Shown in pieces: positions 48,564 to 57,486 of a stretch of 64,000 nucleotides of DNA. Every line of letters starts with the position of its first letter. Position 1 is the first letter of the stretch. The translations under genes were made by a program, and so were the position numbers. The DNA comes from a virus (taxonomy: Duplodnaviria > Caudoviricetes), in IMG/VR virus record IMGVR_UViG_3300032305_002044, positions 29,417 through 93,416 of that record; one strand, given 5' to 3'. The notes beneath the pieces are model-generated. The model had not been told where the DNA came from. It searched no databases and saw only the letters and a list, made by a program, of their open reading frames with translations.

Positions 48564-48737
48564 ATGCCTAACGCACCTAAGACGCCAACTCGCACCCTAC
48601 GGGTAGATGATGAGCTTTGGCTTGCTGTTCAAGACCAGGCCCGAATTGACGGGGTCACGGTAACTAGTATTATTATTGACGGATTGTACTCGTATTTAAA
48701 AAGCGCCCGTGCACGTCAGGTTGATGTGCTAGAGTAA
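48564..48737 (+). CDS. ribbon-helix-helix DNA-binding protein
   Basis: TPTRTLRVDDELW...A...GVTVTSII...L. Confidence 0.8.
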   Translation: MPNAPKTPTRTLRVDDELWLAVQDQARIDGVTVTSIIIDGLYSYLKSARARQVDVLE

Positions 48738-48761
48738 TTTTTACCTAAGAAGGGGGTTCAC

Positions 48762-49169
48762 ATGAACATAGAAGATATGTTAGACCTTGTCCGTCAAAAC
48801 GCTACGCTTAAAGATCGTATTGATAGCACAGTTGCAATTCAAAATGATGTTAAAGAAAAACTACGCAACGGTTTAAAAGAGCTAGGTGAAGTTGATGACC
48901 GAGGACATGTTGTAGTAGAAATTAATGACGACGTAACAGGAATTAAAAGAGTACTCAATCAGCGAAAAGTTTCTAAGTCTTTAGACATGGACATTGCTGA
49001 GGATATTTTAAAAGAAAAAGGTTTGCACGAACGTTGCGTTACAATGATTCCTGTTCTAGATGAGGAAGCCATTATGGCTGCATATTACGAAGGTTTAGTT
49101 ACTGAAGAAGACATTGACAAGATGTTCCCAGCTAAAATAACTTGGGCGTTAGTGATGTCAAAGAGTTAA
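48762..49169 (+). CDS. hypothetical protein (coiled coil + beta domain)
   Basis: AGGGGG RBS; full ORF. Confidence 0.75.
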   Translation: MNIEDMLDLVRQNATLKDRIDSTVAIQNDVKEKLRNGLKELGEVDDRGHVVVEINDDVTGIKRVLNQRKVSKSLDMDIAEDILKEKGLHERCVTMIPVLDEEAIMAAYYEGLVTEEDIDKMFPAKITWALVMSKS

Positions 49170-49170
49170 C

Positions 49171-49665
49171 ATGGAAGACTTAATTGATGAAATGTTTTCT
49201 GCCATTGACCAGTACTACCCAGGCAGTAAACGTAAAAGAAAATTAATTAAAGAAGAAAAGCCCAAAGTAATTGTAGAAAAGACTTGGGACGCACGCCCTT
49301 TTGTAAAGACTTTGCCAAGCGGCATTGACGTAGAAATGTTTACGCTCGGTGCTTTGGCACAGGCTCTAGGTAGACCGATTATTACGGTACGAACCTGGGG
49401 TATGTTAGGATATTTACCTAACGCACCATATAGACTACCTGATGTAGTTGATAAAAATGGTGACACAAGAAGAGGTCGAAAGCTGTACAGCCGTGCTATG
49501 GTAGAGGCAGCTGTCGATCTATTTGACAAGCACGGACTATTAGGTTTAGATAGAATCGAGTGGTCCGAATACCAGCAAGTTCCTCAAGAACTTGCTGAGA
49601 TGTGGGAACACATTAAGATGCAAGAAACAACCAACAATGCCGATAACGCAGAAAAAGAGAAATAA
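49171..49665 (+). CDS. MerR-like HTH DNA-binding protein
   Basis: FTLGALAQALGR...TVRTW...GYLP...R.LYS. Confidence 0.7.
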   Translation: MEDLIDEMFSAIDQYYPGSKRKRKLIKEEKPKVIVEKTWDARPFVKTLPSGIDVEMFTLGALAQALGRPIITVRTWGMLGYLPNAPYRLPDVVDKNGDTRRGRKLYSRAMVEAAVDLFDKHGLLGLDRIEWSEYQQVPQELAEMWEHIKMQETTNNADNAEKEK

Positions 49666-49667
49666 AA

Positions 49668-50351
49668 ATGCCAGTTAACCGTTCGATAGAAGAAGAGAAG
49701 TACTCCGTAGCAGATAGCTTTGGTGAAGACTTCGATGTAAACGCCCGCCCTGAGCAAGCAAGTAGCGGTGCAGTTAAGTCAGGCTGGGATGCAGCCGAAA
49801 GCATGACTACCCCATCAGGTAGTTTTCCAATTGACTTCAAAGCAAGTGAAGCCTTGCAGGTAGTCAAGTTCTTGGATGAAGGTGGTCCATTTGCTACCTA
49901 CAAGCAACACTTCCTAACTAACAAGCCAGGCAAAAAGTCATACATTTGCCTTAAGCCAAGTGGTCAGCCTTGCCCATTGTGCACAGTTTTAGACCACCGT
50001 CCAGATGACAAGCGTGGGTTCACGATTGTTAACCTAAGCGCAGAAGGTGGCCCACAGCGCCAAATCCTTACTGCAACCCCTCCTTTGTTCCGCACTTTGT
50101 TGCAGGCAAACAGCTCCCCACAGGGTCCAATTAATAAGAACTACTGGGCGATTAGTCGCACAGGAGAAAAGGCTGGTACTACTTACCATGTCAACGCTAT
50201 TAAGGCACGCGACCTAGATGAGGACTGGGGAATTAATCAGGCAGAAGCAGAAGCTTACATTGCAACTGTAGAGGTTTATACTGATGCAGTAATTCGTGAG
50301 ACACCTTACGATCAATTGCTTGAAATTGCTGAAAGCCTTCGTAATTCCTAA
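49668..50351 (+). CDS. single-stranded DNA-binding protein (gp32-like)
   Basis: VKFLD....YKQH....SYIC......CPLC Zn motif; ISRTG....TTY; lies next to polA. Confidence 0.7.
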   Translation: MPVNRSIEEEKYSVADSFGEDFDVNARPEQASSGAVKSGWDAAESMTTPSGSFPIDFKASEALQVVKFLDEGGPFATYKQHFLTNKPGKKSYICLKPSGQPCPLCTVLDHRPDDKRGFTIVNLSAEGGPQRQILTATPPLFRTLLQANSSPQGPINKNYWAISRTGEKAGTTYHVNAIKARDLDEDWGINQAEAEAYIATVEVYTDAVIRETPYDQLLEIAESLRNS

Positions 50352-50365
50352 ATAACACACAGACC

Positions 50366-50416
50366 GCCACTGGCGGTAGGTTCCCCCCTTTCCTACCGCT
50401 AGTGGCTCTTAAGGGG
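50366..50416 (+). promoter_or_regulatory. 15-bp hairpin whose loop is complementary to the polA SD (possible pseudoknot operator)
   Basis: Stem 50366-50380/50392-50406; loop TTCCCCCCTTT; SD AAGGGG at 50411-50416. Confidence 0.55.
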
Positions 50417-50422
50417 CATGCT

Positions 50423-52402
50423 ATGAATATTATTACTACACTTGACCAGTTAAATGAAATGGTCGCACATTATTTAACGCAAGATGCTTTTGCATTTGAC
50501 GTAGAAACCGTTGGCGATAACCGTGGGGTCACTCCAATTAACGAAGTTTTATGGATTACTTTTGCTACCCACGGTCGGTGCGATGTAATCCCAATGGGCC
50601 ACCCTAACGGTGACTTTGTAGAGGAAGTGTTTCCACTTACAGGCCAAGGTGAGAAGCGAGTAGAAGCAGGTCTTACCGCTCGTCCTAGTGATTATTCACG
50701 GGATAAGAAAAAAGCCACTAAAAAGTTTGGTCCTCCTCCATCCCAGCTGTATCCTAACGAGGTTTTTAAGGCTTTGCGCCCTATTCTATTTAATAGTAAC
50801 CTTCTTACAATAGGTCATAACCTAATCTTTGATTTGACATCTATCGCAAAATACTATAAAGGAGAAGTTCCCACAGGCCCATACTTTGACACTATGATTG
50901 CGTCTTTTATTAGCGACAACCGTAATAAAAATAAGTGTGGCCTTGATGCTTGTCTTAAGCGTGAGTTTGGATACGAGATGGTTAAAGGCGTAGGTAAAGA
51001 AGTAGAGAAGTATTCGTTTACCGAAGTTGCTAAGTATGCTTTTCTTGATGCTAAATACACTTTCTTATTGTGGAAAGCCCTAGCCCCGAAAATTAAAGAG
51101 TCAGACCTTGACGTTATTATGAGTTTAGAAATGGACGTGCTTCAAGTTTTATGTGCTATGAAGCTTGAGGGTGCCCCAATAGATGTAGCTGAGTTAGAGG
51201 CTCTTGATGCGCAATTACGTATTGACATTGAAACCGCTAGGGCAGAGATATTTCGTATTGCTGAACGCCCGTTTAATATTAACTCTAACCAAGAGAAGCA
51301 GCTATTACTGTATGGTTCTAAGGATGAGGGCGGACGTGGTCTTAAGCCTAAGATTCTTACTACCGCTGGAAACCGTAAAGCTGAACAAGGTCTAGAACTT
51401 ACTTACGCAGATTACTCCGTATCAGCCGAGGCTTTAGAGGCCTACAAACTTGCTGACCCTTTAGTAGATGCTATGCTTACCTATGCTGATCTTAACAAGT
51501 TAAGTACTACATATGTAGTGCCATACTTAGGCGGAGAAGTAGTTCGAACTACAGGAGGAAAGGAAAAACGTGAACATAAAGACTCCTTACTCATTAATGG
51601 GCGTATACACTGTGACTTCATCCAGCATGGCGCGGAGACTGGTCGCTTTAGTAGCCGTAACCCTAATCTACAAAATGTTCCTGCCCCTCACACGGCTCAC
51701 GGTAAAGCGATTAGGAACCTCTTTTATGCACCGCCAGGTTTTTCGTTGGTCGTGGCGGACTACTCTCAAATTGAACCGCGTGTTATTGCGTCAATGTCAA
51801 AAGACCCTATTATGATGGAGAACTATCTACGGGGTGGAGATATCTATACCACTGTAGGTGACACTATGGGGGTAGATCGTAAAGCAGGTAAGGTGCTGGT
51901 TCTTGCTATGGCTTACGGCGTGGGTCCAGATAAAATCTCCCGTCAGATTGGGTGCTCTATTAATGAAGCCCGCGACTTACTTTCTAGATTTGGCTCTGAA
52001 TTCTCATCCGTAAGTTCTTATAGGATAAAAGTTATTGGGGCAACTAAAGTTAACACCCCGCCTTATGTAACCACGGTACTAGGCCGCAAACGGTACCTTC
52101 CAGAGATTTTATCTAGTGATCCATTCTTAAGGTCTGCTGCAGAGCGCCAGTCTTTTAACACCCGTATTCAAGGCTCCGCTGCTGACATTATTAAGTTGGC
52201 TATGGTGCGTGCGTACAAAAGATTGCCAGAGGGTGCTAAGCTCCTCTTGACAGTGCACGACGAGTTGGTTACGCTGACTCCAGATGATAAGGTTGATGAC
52301 ACCGTGTCAGCAATCCGTGAGGCAATGGAAGGTATTGATTTGTTATCTATACCTTTAGTAGCTGACATAAAAGTAGTAGACCGTTGGGGAGAAGCAAAAT
52401 GA
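50423..52402 (+). CDS. polA: family A DNA polymerase (3'-5' exo + pol)
   Basis: FDVET, HN..FD, YA..DA, TGRFSSRNPNLQN, DYSQIE, K...L...YG, QGSAAD, VHDE. Confidence 0.97.
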   Translation: MNIITTLDQLNEMVAHYLTQDAFAFDVETVGDNRGVTPINEVLWITFATHGRCDVIPMGHPNGDFVEEVFPLTGQGEKRVEAGLTARPSDYSRDKKKATKKFGPPPSQLYPNEVFKALRPILFNSNLLTIGHNLIFDLTSIAKYYKGEVPTGPYFDTMIASFISDNRNKNKCGLDACLKREFGYEMVKGVGKEVEKYSFTEVAKYAFLDAKYTFLLWKALAPKIKESDLDVIMSLEMDVLQVLCAMKLEGAPIDVAELEALDAQLRIDIETARAEIFRIAERPFNINSNQEKQLLLYGSKDEGGRGLKPKILTTAGNRKAEQGLELTYADYSVSAEALEAYKLADPLVDAMLTYADLNKLSTTYVVPYLGGEVVRTTGGKEKREHKDSLLINGRIHCDFIQHGAETGRFSSRNPNLQNVPAPHTAHGKAIRNLFYAPPGFSLVVADYSQIEPRVIASMSKDPIMMENYLRGGDIYTTVGDTMGVDRKAGKVLVLAMAYGVGPDKISRQIGCSINEARDLLSRFGSEFSSVSSYRIKVIGATKVNTPPYVTTVLGRKRYLPEILSSDPFLRSAAERQSFNTRIQGSAADIIKLAMVRAYKRLPEGAKLLLTVHDELVTLTPDDKVDDTVSAIREAMEGIDLLSIPLVADIKVVDRWGEAK

Positions 52403-52860
52403 ATTGGAAATTCTGGGAAAGACAAGAACCAACTTGGGAAGTTGATACAACAGAGGTCCCTGCAACAACTCTGTACAGGTGGTTTTTATACGATAGTGGT
52501 ATTGATAACCCTAACAAGTACGCAATAACAGCTGGGTTCTCTCCTGTAAGTCAAGAGGGAGACGAGATGGAACGCAAAGAAAGCCTTGAGAGACTGCTTA
52601 GGGTTATGCCATATAAAGCTTTTGTTGACATGATGTCTTCTATGAACGGACAAGTTTTAGCAGAGACTCTTACTACAACGTTAAAAGAAGATGGCGTTAT
52701 TAGTGACGACTCAAGCCTTGCGGAAGACATGGAATTGATGGCTGAGATTTATACACGGGTGTCCGCGGCAGTTCTTATTCCAGCCCTTGCGGCTGCTTTA
52801 GAGCTAGGTATTTTGGTAAACCCAGGCTCATTTGTATCAGGAGAATTTTATGAGCGGTAA
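52399..52860 (+). CDS. hypothetical protein
   Basis: ATGA overlap with the polA stop; GGAG RBS. Confidence 0.75.
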   Translation: MNWKFWERQEPTWEVDTTEVPATTLYRWFLYDSGIDNPNKYAITAGFSPVSQEGDEMERKESLERLLRVMPYKAFVDMMSSMNGQVLAETLTTTLKEDGVISDDSSLAEDMELMAEIYTRVSAAVLIPALAAALELGILVNPGSFVSGEFYER

Positions 52861-53233
52861 TTGGTGGGCCGACAAATTGGGCGCTCCAGTTCCAGCAAGC
52901 AGGCCTTCTCCTACGCCTCCGTACACGCCTCCAGCGCCTGTTCCTTACAACCCTGTACCCCAACCTCAGATGCCTCCTCAAGAGGCTCCTAGGCTGCCTC
53001 AGAGCGCTACAACAGCTAGTAGGTGCCCTGGTTGCAGTAGCGGGAATTATGGCTCAGTAACTCCTGAGTCCAAGGCTAGATGTTATGACTGTGGTTATCC
53101 AGTAGTTCAATCAGGCAGTGGTATGGGTAAGGGTGTTTCCCAGCAAGGTGGCGGAGGACCAGCTACTCCAGCTAGACAAATTAGTACTGCTAATAATTTT
53201 AACCCGCAAACTATCATTGGAAAGATTGAATAA
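52850..53233 (+). CDS. Pro-rich Zn-ribbon protein
   Basis: AGGAG RBS; CPGC...CYDCG. Confidence 0.75.
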   Translation: MSGNWWADKLGAPVPASRPSPTPPYTPPAPVPYNPVPQPQMPPQEAPRLPQSATTASRCPGCSSGNYGSVTPESKARCYDCGYPVVQSGSGMGKGVSQQGGGGPATPARQISTANNFNPQTIIGKIE

Positions 53234-54291
53234 TGGACTTAGACCTTGCTAAAGCAATTGCTAAACTAAATAAAAAATTTGGCTCAGAGATGATCGTCCT
53301 TGGTACAGATATTAAAGATGATGTATTAGGACGCATGACTACAGGATCACTTGCAGTAGACATGATTCTTGGTGGAGGTTTTCCTGTTAACCAATGGCAC
53401 GAAATTGTAGGCGAAGCGTCTAATGGTAAGACAGCACTTGCCCTTAAAACCGTAGCCGCTAATCAGGCTCGCGACCCAGAGTTCACCACAGTTTGGGTAG
53501 CCGCGGAAACTTGGGTACCACAATATGCGCAAATGTGTGGTATAGACCTATCTCGTGTGTATGTAGTTGCTACTAACGTTATGGAAGAAGCCTATGAAGC
53601 CGTCATTGAATTAGTAGAAACTAAATCTATTGACTGCGTTGTAATTGATTCCCTTCCAGCTTTAGTCCCTATGGCAGAAGATGACAAGAACATGGATGAG
53701 GCTACTGTTGGTCGTGGTGCGTTACTTACAGGTAAGTTTTTCCGTAAGGTTGGTAAAGCATCGCGCCGTTCACTTACTGAGTCCGAACGTCCTTTTATTG
53801 GAATCATCATTAACCAGTACCGCATGAAAATTGGCGTTATGTATGGTGATCCTCGCACCACCCCAGGTGGAGAGGCCAAGAACTACGCATTCTTTACTCG
53901 TCTAGAGGTTAAGCGTGACGAATGGATTGAGGCTGGTACAGGACAGGAAAAACGTAAGGTTGGTCAGACTATTAAGGTACGTACCATTAAGAACAAGTCA
54001 GCCCCACCAGCACAGGTAGCGTATGTAGACTTCTACTTTAGTGACGGCGGAAATTGCTACGCAGGTGAATTTGACTACGCTAAAGAGATTGTTGCTCTTG
54101 GCATTATCTACAAGATTATTACCCGTGCAGGTGCCTATTACAGTTACGGTGATCGTAAGTGGCTAGGTGGAGATGCTGTGGTAAACTCTATTAGGGAAGA
54201 GGTTGACCTCAAAGAGGCTCTAGATCGAGATGTACGCAGAGTTGTACGTCCAGAAGCTAGCGCAACTTACGAGGTGGCTGATGCGCTCTGA
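53233..54291 (+). CDS. recA: RecA recombinase
   Basis: TGSLAVD..LGGG, GEASNGKT, VVIDS, INQ.R.KIGVMYGDP.TTPGG. Confidence 0.96.
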   Translation: MDLDLAKAIAKLNKKFGSEMIVLGTDIKDDVLGRMTTGSLAVDMILGGGFPVNQWHEIVGEASNGKTALALKTVAANQARDPEFTTVWVAAETWVPQYAQMCGIDLSRVYVVATNVMEEAYEAVIELVETKSIDCVVIDSLPALVPMAEDDKNMDEATVGRGALLTGKFFRKVGKASRRSLTESERPFIGIIINQYRMKIGVMYGDPRTTPGGEAKNYAFFTRLEVKRDEWIEAGTGQEKRKVGQTIKVRTIKNKSAPPAQVAYVDFYFSDGGNCYAGEFDYAKEIVALGIIYKIITRAGAYYSYGDRKWLGGDAVVNSIREEVDLKEALDRDVRRVVRPEASATYEVADAL

Positions 54292-54613
54292 AGGGCAAAA
54301 GCAGTCTAAGAAGCACGAGAACAGACTAGCTAAAGCAGTTGGCGGTAGTACCGTAGCTGCTAGTGGAGCCTTTTGGAGCCGCAAGGGTGATGTCAGGTCT
54401 AGTGATCTACTTATTGAACATAAGTGGACAGGCAAGCAACAGGTAACCGTTAAAGCGGGGGTCCTGGAAAAGATCGTTAAGGAAGCTATCCTTGACGGTA
54501 GGATGCCTGTCCTAGGTTTCCATCTTAATGGCGAGAATTACGTCATGCTAGATGAAAACGATTTCCTGGAGCTTCGCCAAAAGCTCCAGGAGTGTTCGTG
54601 CGAGACCCCTTAG
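54281..54613 (+). CDS. PD-(D/E)XK Holliday-junction-resolvase-like nuclease
   Basis: HE..LAK..GG....SGA....KGDV....LIEHK; GAGG RBS before ATG 54281. Confidence 0.75.
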   Translation: MRSEGQKQSKKHENRLAKAVGGSTVAASGAFWSRKGDVRSSDLLIEHKWTGKQQVTVKAGVLEKIVKEAILDGRMPVLGFHLNGENYVMLDENDFLELRQKLQECSCETP

Positions 54614-54915
54614 ACGTAGAGAACTGGCGTGCAGACGCTAAGTGTAAAGGTATGGATACGGAGCTATGGTTCCCTCCCAGAGAAAAAGAACTTTACAAAT
54701 CTATTGCGGATGTTTCTAAAGGAATATGTTTTGGTAGAGACGGTCGTCCAGAATGCCCTGTTCGTAAAGAGTGCCTGATGTACTCAGAAACTATGAACGA
54801 GCAGTATGGTATCTGGGGCGGCTTAAGTCATAGAGAAAGAAATGCGTTAAAGCGTAAGGCTGAACGTAACGGAATGACCCTAAAAGAATGGGTAGAAAGC
54901 GGTAGAAAAAAATGA
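54592..54915 (+). CDS. whiB: WhiB-family transcription factor
   Basis: WR.DAKC....ELWFP...C.G......CPVRKEC.......YGIWGG.S..ER. Confidence 0.92.
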   Translation: MFVRDPLDVENWRADAKCKGMDTELWFPPREKELYKSIADVSKGICFGRDGRPECPVRKECLMYSETMNEQYGIWGGLSHRERNALKRKAERNGMTLKEWVESGRKK

Positions 54916-55163
54916 CATACGAACCGTTTAAATGTCCTGACTGTAGTGTATGGTGGCGTGGAGAGACGCACAAATGCATAGTTGCAAAACCGAATACAGA
55001 TTTTCAACGCAAGGGTACAGACCCTCAACGCAAGGGCTGGATATCTTGTCCAATGTGTGGTAAGAATGTAACTAAGTATGACTGGCATTCCTGCAATGAT
55101 TACCATAAACCAAATAAGAAGGACCCACATGACCCAAATCACCCGCCCATTAGGTACTCTTAA
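54912..55163 (+). CDS. small double Zn-ribbon protein
   Basis: CPDC...H.C and CPMC...H.C. Confidence 0.6.
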   Translation: MTYEPFKCPDCSVWWRGETHKCIVAKPNTDFQRKGTDPQRKGWISCPMCGKNVTKYDWHSCNDYHKPNKKDPHDPNHPPIRYS

Positions 55164-56004
55164 AAAATTGGTAGACGTTGGAAAAAAAGAATCCAGAGTA
55201 ATTGGTTCTGTAGAGCGTTGGATTCTTGCACGACCAGCTGACAAAAGCCGCGCTACTAATGTAATTCATCCTTCGGCTATGATTAAACCAGACTGGTGCC
55301 ACCGAGCCGAGTACTACCACTTACAAGGCGCAGAGCCCGCTCCTCCTAAATATCGTTCCAGCATGAAGACTCATCTTACTTTTGAAGAGGGTCACCGTAT
55401 CCATGCTAGATGGCAAAACTGGTTTAGAGATATGGGCAATCTTTATGGTCAGTGGAAGTGCTTAAACTGTGGCCTTAAAGAATGGGGTTTATCGGCTGAA
55501 ATGGAGCCGCACATTGATGGTTGTGGACCAGTGGTATACAACGAGGTTCCTGTGTCCAGTTCAGTTCATGGTATCTCAGGCCATGCTGATGGATGGCTTA
55601 AAAACTTTGGGGATGACTTACTACTTGAGATCAAGTCTGTAGGCGAAGGTACTTTTGCTTGGGAAGACCGAATGGGTTGGCAAGCCCACGGAGAAGACTT
55701 TAAGAAAGCTTGGTCTAGTTTAAAGTCTCCGTTTTATACTCACATTATGCAGGCCCAGGTATACATGAAACTGTTAGAACTTATGGACCCAAATAATTAC
55801 CCTAAAGAAGCAGTATTTATTTATGAAGCTAAGCCTAATCAAGAAGTTAAAGAGTTTATTATTCCTAAAAATGATTTTGGGGTAACACCTTTGTTTGAAG
55901 CCGCTACTATGATTATGGCTGCAATTGACAAACAACAGCCTCCTGGGTGTAATATATCTCCAACAGGTAACTGTTCTAAATGTGAGGTGTTTAATGTCAA
56001 TTAA
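55129..56004 (+). CDS. Cas4-like PD-(D/E)XK exonuclease
   Basis: IHPS...WC.R, G..IH, GHADG, LEIKS, QAQVY; C-terminal C...C..C Fe-S-type cysteines. Confidence 0.85.
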   Translation: MTQITRPLGTLKKLVDVGKKESRVIGSVERWILARPADKSRATNVIHPSAMIKPDWCHRAEYYHLQGAEPAPPKYRSSMKTHLTFEEGHRIHARWQNWFRDMGNLYGQWKCLNCGLKEWGLSAEMEPHIDGCGPVVYNEVPVSSSVHGISGHADGWLKNFGDDLLLEIKSVGEGTFAWEDRMGWQAHGEDFKKAWSSLKSPFYTHIMQAQVYMKLLELMDPNNYPKEAVFIYEAKPNQEVKEFIIPKNDFGVTPLFEAATMIMAAIDKQQPPGCNISPTGNCSKCEVFNVN

Positions 56005-56482
56005 ACTTAAGGCTGAGGAAAGCCAACGTACCATTGATACAATTCGTGCTCAAGGGTTTACCTTTGACTCAGAATTTACTGGAATTAATCCAACAATGCC
56101 AGCTGATATTACAGACCTAGATGACCTAGGTGCTATGAGATTGTTCCAAGAGTACAACGCATTTTTGTCTTTTGTAACTGCTCAAATGGCATGTGCACAG
56201 ATTGATGAATCCAATGCTAAAAAACGTTTGGATTATGCTGAAGCCTCAGCCATGGAAGATTATACTCAGCCTAAGATGACCGTTTCGGCTATCAAAGCTA
56301 AAGTTATGGCTGACCCTAACGTACTTAAACTGGCTCAAGCACACGCAGAAGCCAGTGCTTACCGCAAAGGTATGGAAATGATGCACTCTAACGTAGAGCG
56401 TGATTGTGCGTTTATTAGCCGCGATCTTACCCGTCGTACTTCTTCTGGATTTACTAACCGAGCCAGTAAGTTTACAACTTAA
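55994..56482 (+). CDS. helical protein, possibly a UvsY-like recombination mediator
   Basis: Coiled-coil pattern ending ISRDLTRR; located in the recombination module. Confidence 0.55.
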   Translation: MSIKLKAEESQRTIDTIRAQGFTFDSEFTGINPTMPADITDLDDLGAMRLFQEYNAFLSFVTAQMACAQIDESNAKKRLDYAEASAMEDYTQPKMTVSAIKAKVMADPNVLKLAQAHAEASAYRKGMEMMHSNVERDCAFISRDLTRRTSSGFTNRASKFTT

Positions 56483-56607
56483 TGTGCAATAAAACTGAGG
56501 ATATGATGCGAATGTATAACCAAGAACACCGTTGTTCTTATTGTGAGTCCACGTTTGTCGAGGTTTTAGACCTCATAGCTCACCTTAAAGAAAAGCACGG
56601 AAAATAG
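56482..56607 (+). CDS. 41-aa C2H2 zinc-finger microprotein
   Basis: HRCSYCESTFVEVLDLIAHLKEKH = C-x2-C-x3-F-x5-L-x2-H-x4-H; coupled to both neighbours; not in the track. Confidence 0.75.
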   Translation: MCNKTEDMMRMYNQEHRCSYCESTFVEVLDLIAHLKEKHGK

Positions 56608-57149
56608 TGGCTAAGAAAATTTTTGGCAAGCCTAATCTGCGAGGAGCAGTAGCCGTGGGCATTGACCAGTCTTATAGCGGGTTTGCTATAACTGCTATTG
56701 ACAAAAATCTTAACTATTACACTGAGGTGTATAAACCAGAAGGAACTGGTGTAGAAAGACTTTCAAATCTACGTAACTATACTGAAGACTTTTTAGCTAA
56801 TTACGATGTGCAAAAAACTTGCATTGAGGGCTATGCTTTTGGATCACAAATGGCTAACATGGCAGGTGAATTAGGCGGGATGCTTAGGTTACTAATGTAC
56901 GACTTGTACCCAGCGGTCCCTCAGGCGCGGTTTCCTTTAGTAGTGCCTCCAACTAGTTTAAAGAAATATGTGGCTGGAAAAGGTACTGGAATAAGTAAAA
57001 GCCAGATGCTTTTAGCTGTATACAAGAAGTGGGGCGTTGATTTTACTGACGATAACGCAGCAGATTCCTATGGATTAGCCCGTATTGTGATGAATAAACA
57101 TGATTTTGAGTATGAAAAAGAAGTGTACGATAAGTTAACTTCACCCTGA
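56607..57149 (+). CDS. ruvC: RuvC-like Holliday junction resolvase
   Basis: GIDQS, IEGY, ELGG, P..LKKY..GKG...K, DDNAADS. Confidence 0.9.
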   Translation: MAKKIFGKPNLRGAVAVGIDQSYSGFAITAIDKNLNYYTEVYKPEGTGVERLSNLRNYTEDFLANYDVQKTCIEGYAFGSQMANMAGELGGMLRLLMYDLYPAVPQARFPLVVPPTSLKKYVAGKGTGISKSQMLLAVYKKWGVDFTDDNAADSYGLARIVMNKHDFEYEKEVYDKLTSP

Positions 57150-57207
57150 AAACGTAGGTGTAATACCTCATAATTGATAGAACACTACTACAATACGAGG
57201 TACAAAA

Positions 57208-57486
57208 ATGTCTGAAATACAAGACGAGCAAATTTTAAAGGTAAGTGCTGGTTCTAACCCACAATCTGTAGCGGCAGCTATTGCCCACAGTATTTATGAA
57301 AACCATTCTTGCAAGCTTCGTGCCGTTGGTGCGGGCGCTGTTAACCAGGCTGTTAAAGCTATTGCTATTGCCCGTGGTTACACTGCGCCTAGAGGTCTAG
57401 ACCTTAAATGCATTCCAGGGTTTGCCAGCATTGAAAGTCATGATGGTCAGATCAGCGCTATTGTTTTTACAATTGTTTCTGATTAA
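57208..57486 (+). CDS. spoVS: SpoVS family protein (Alba-like fold)
   Basis: ILKVSAGSNPQSVAAAIA...RAVGAGAVNQAVKAIAIARGY.AP.G.DL.CIPGF. Confidence 0.93.
   Translation: MSEIQDEQILKVSAGSNPQSVAAAIAHSIYENHSCKLRAVGAGAVNQAVKAIAIARGYTAPRGLDLKCIPGFASIESHDGQISAIVFTIVSD

Noticed and set aside
2489-54291. Inteins, introns or homing endonucleases in terL, dnaB, polA or recA
   Set aside because: All are of normal length with contiguous motifs.
55129-56004. Cas4 as evidence of a CRISPR-Cas system
   Set aside because: It is a solo phage Cas4-like nuclease in a recombination module; no cas1/cas2 or array.
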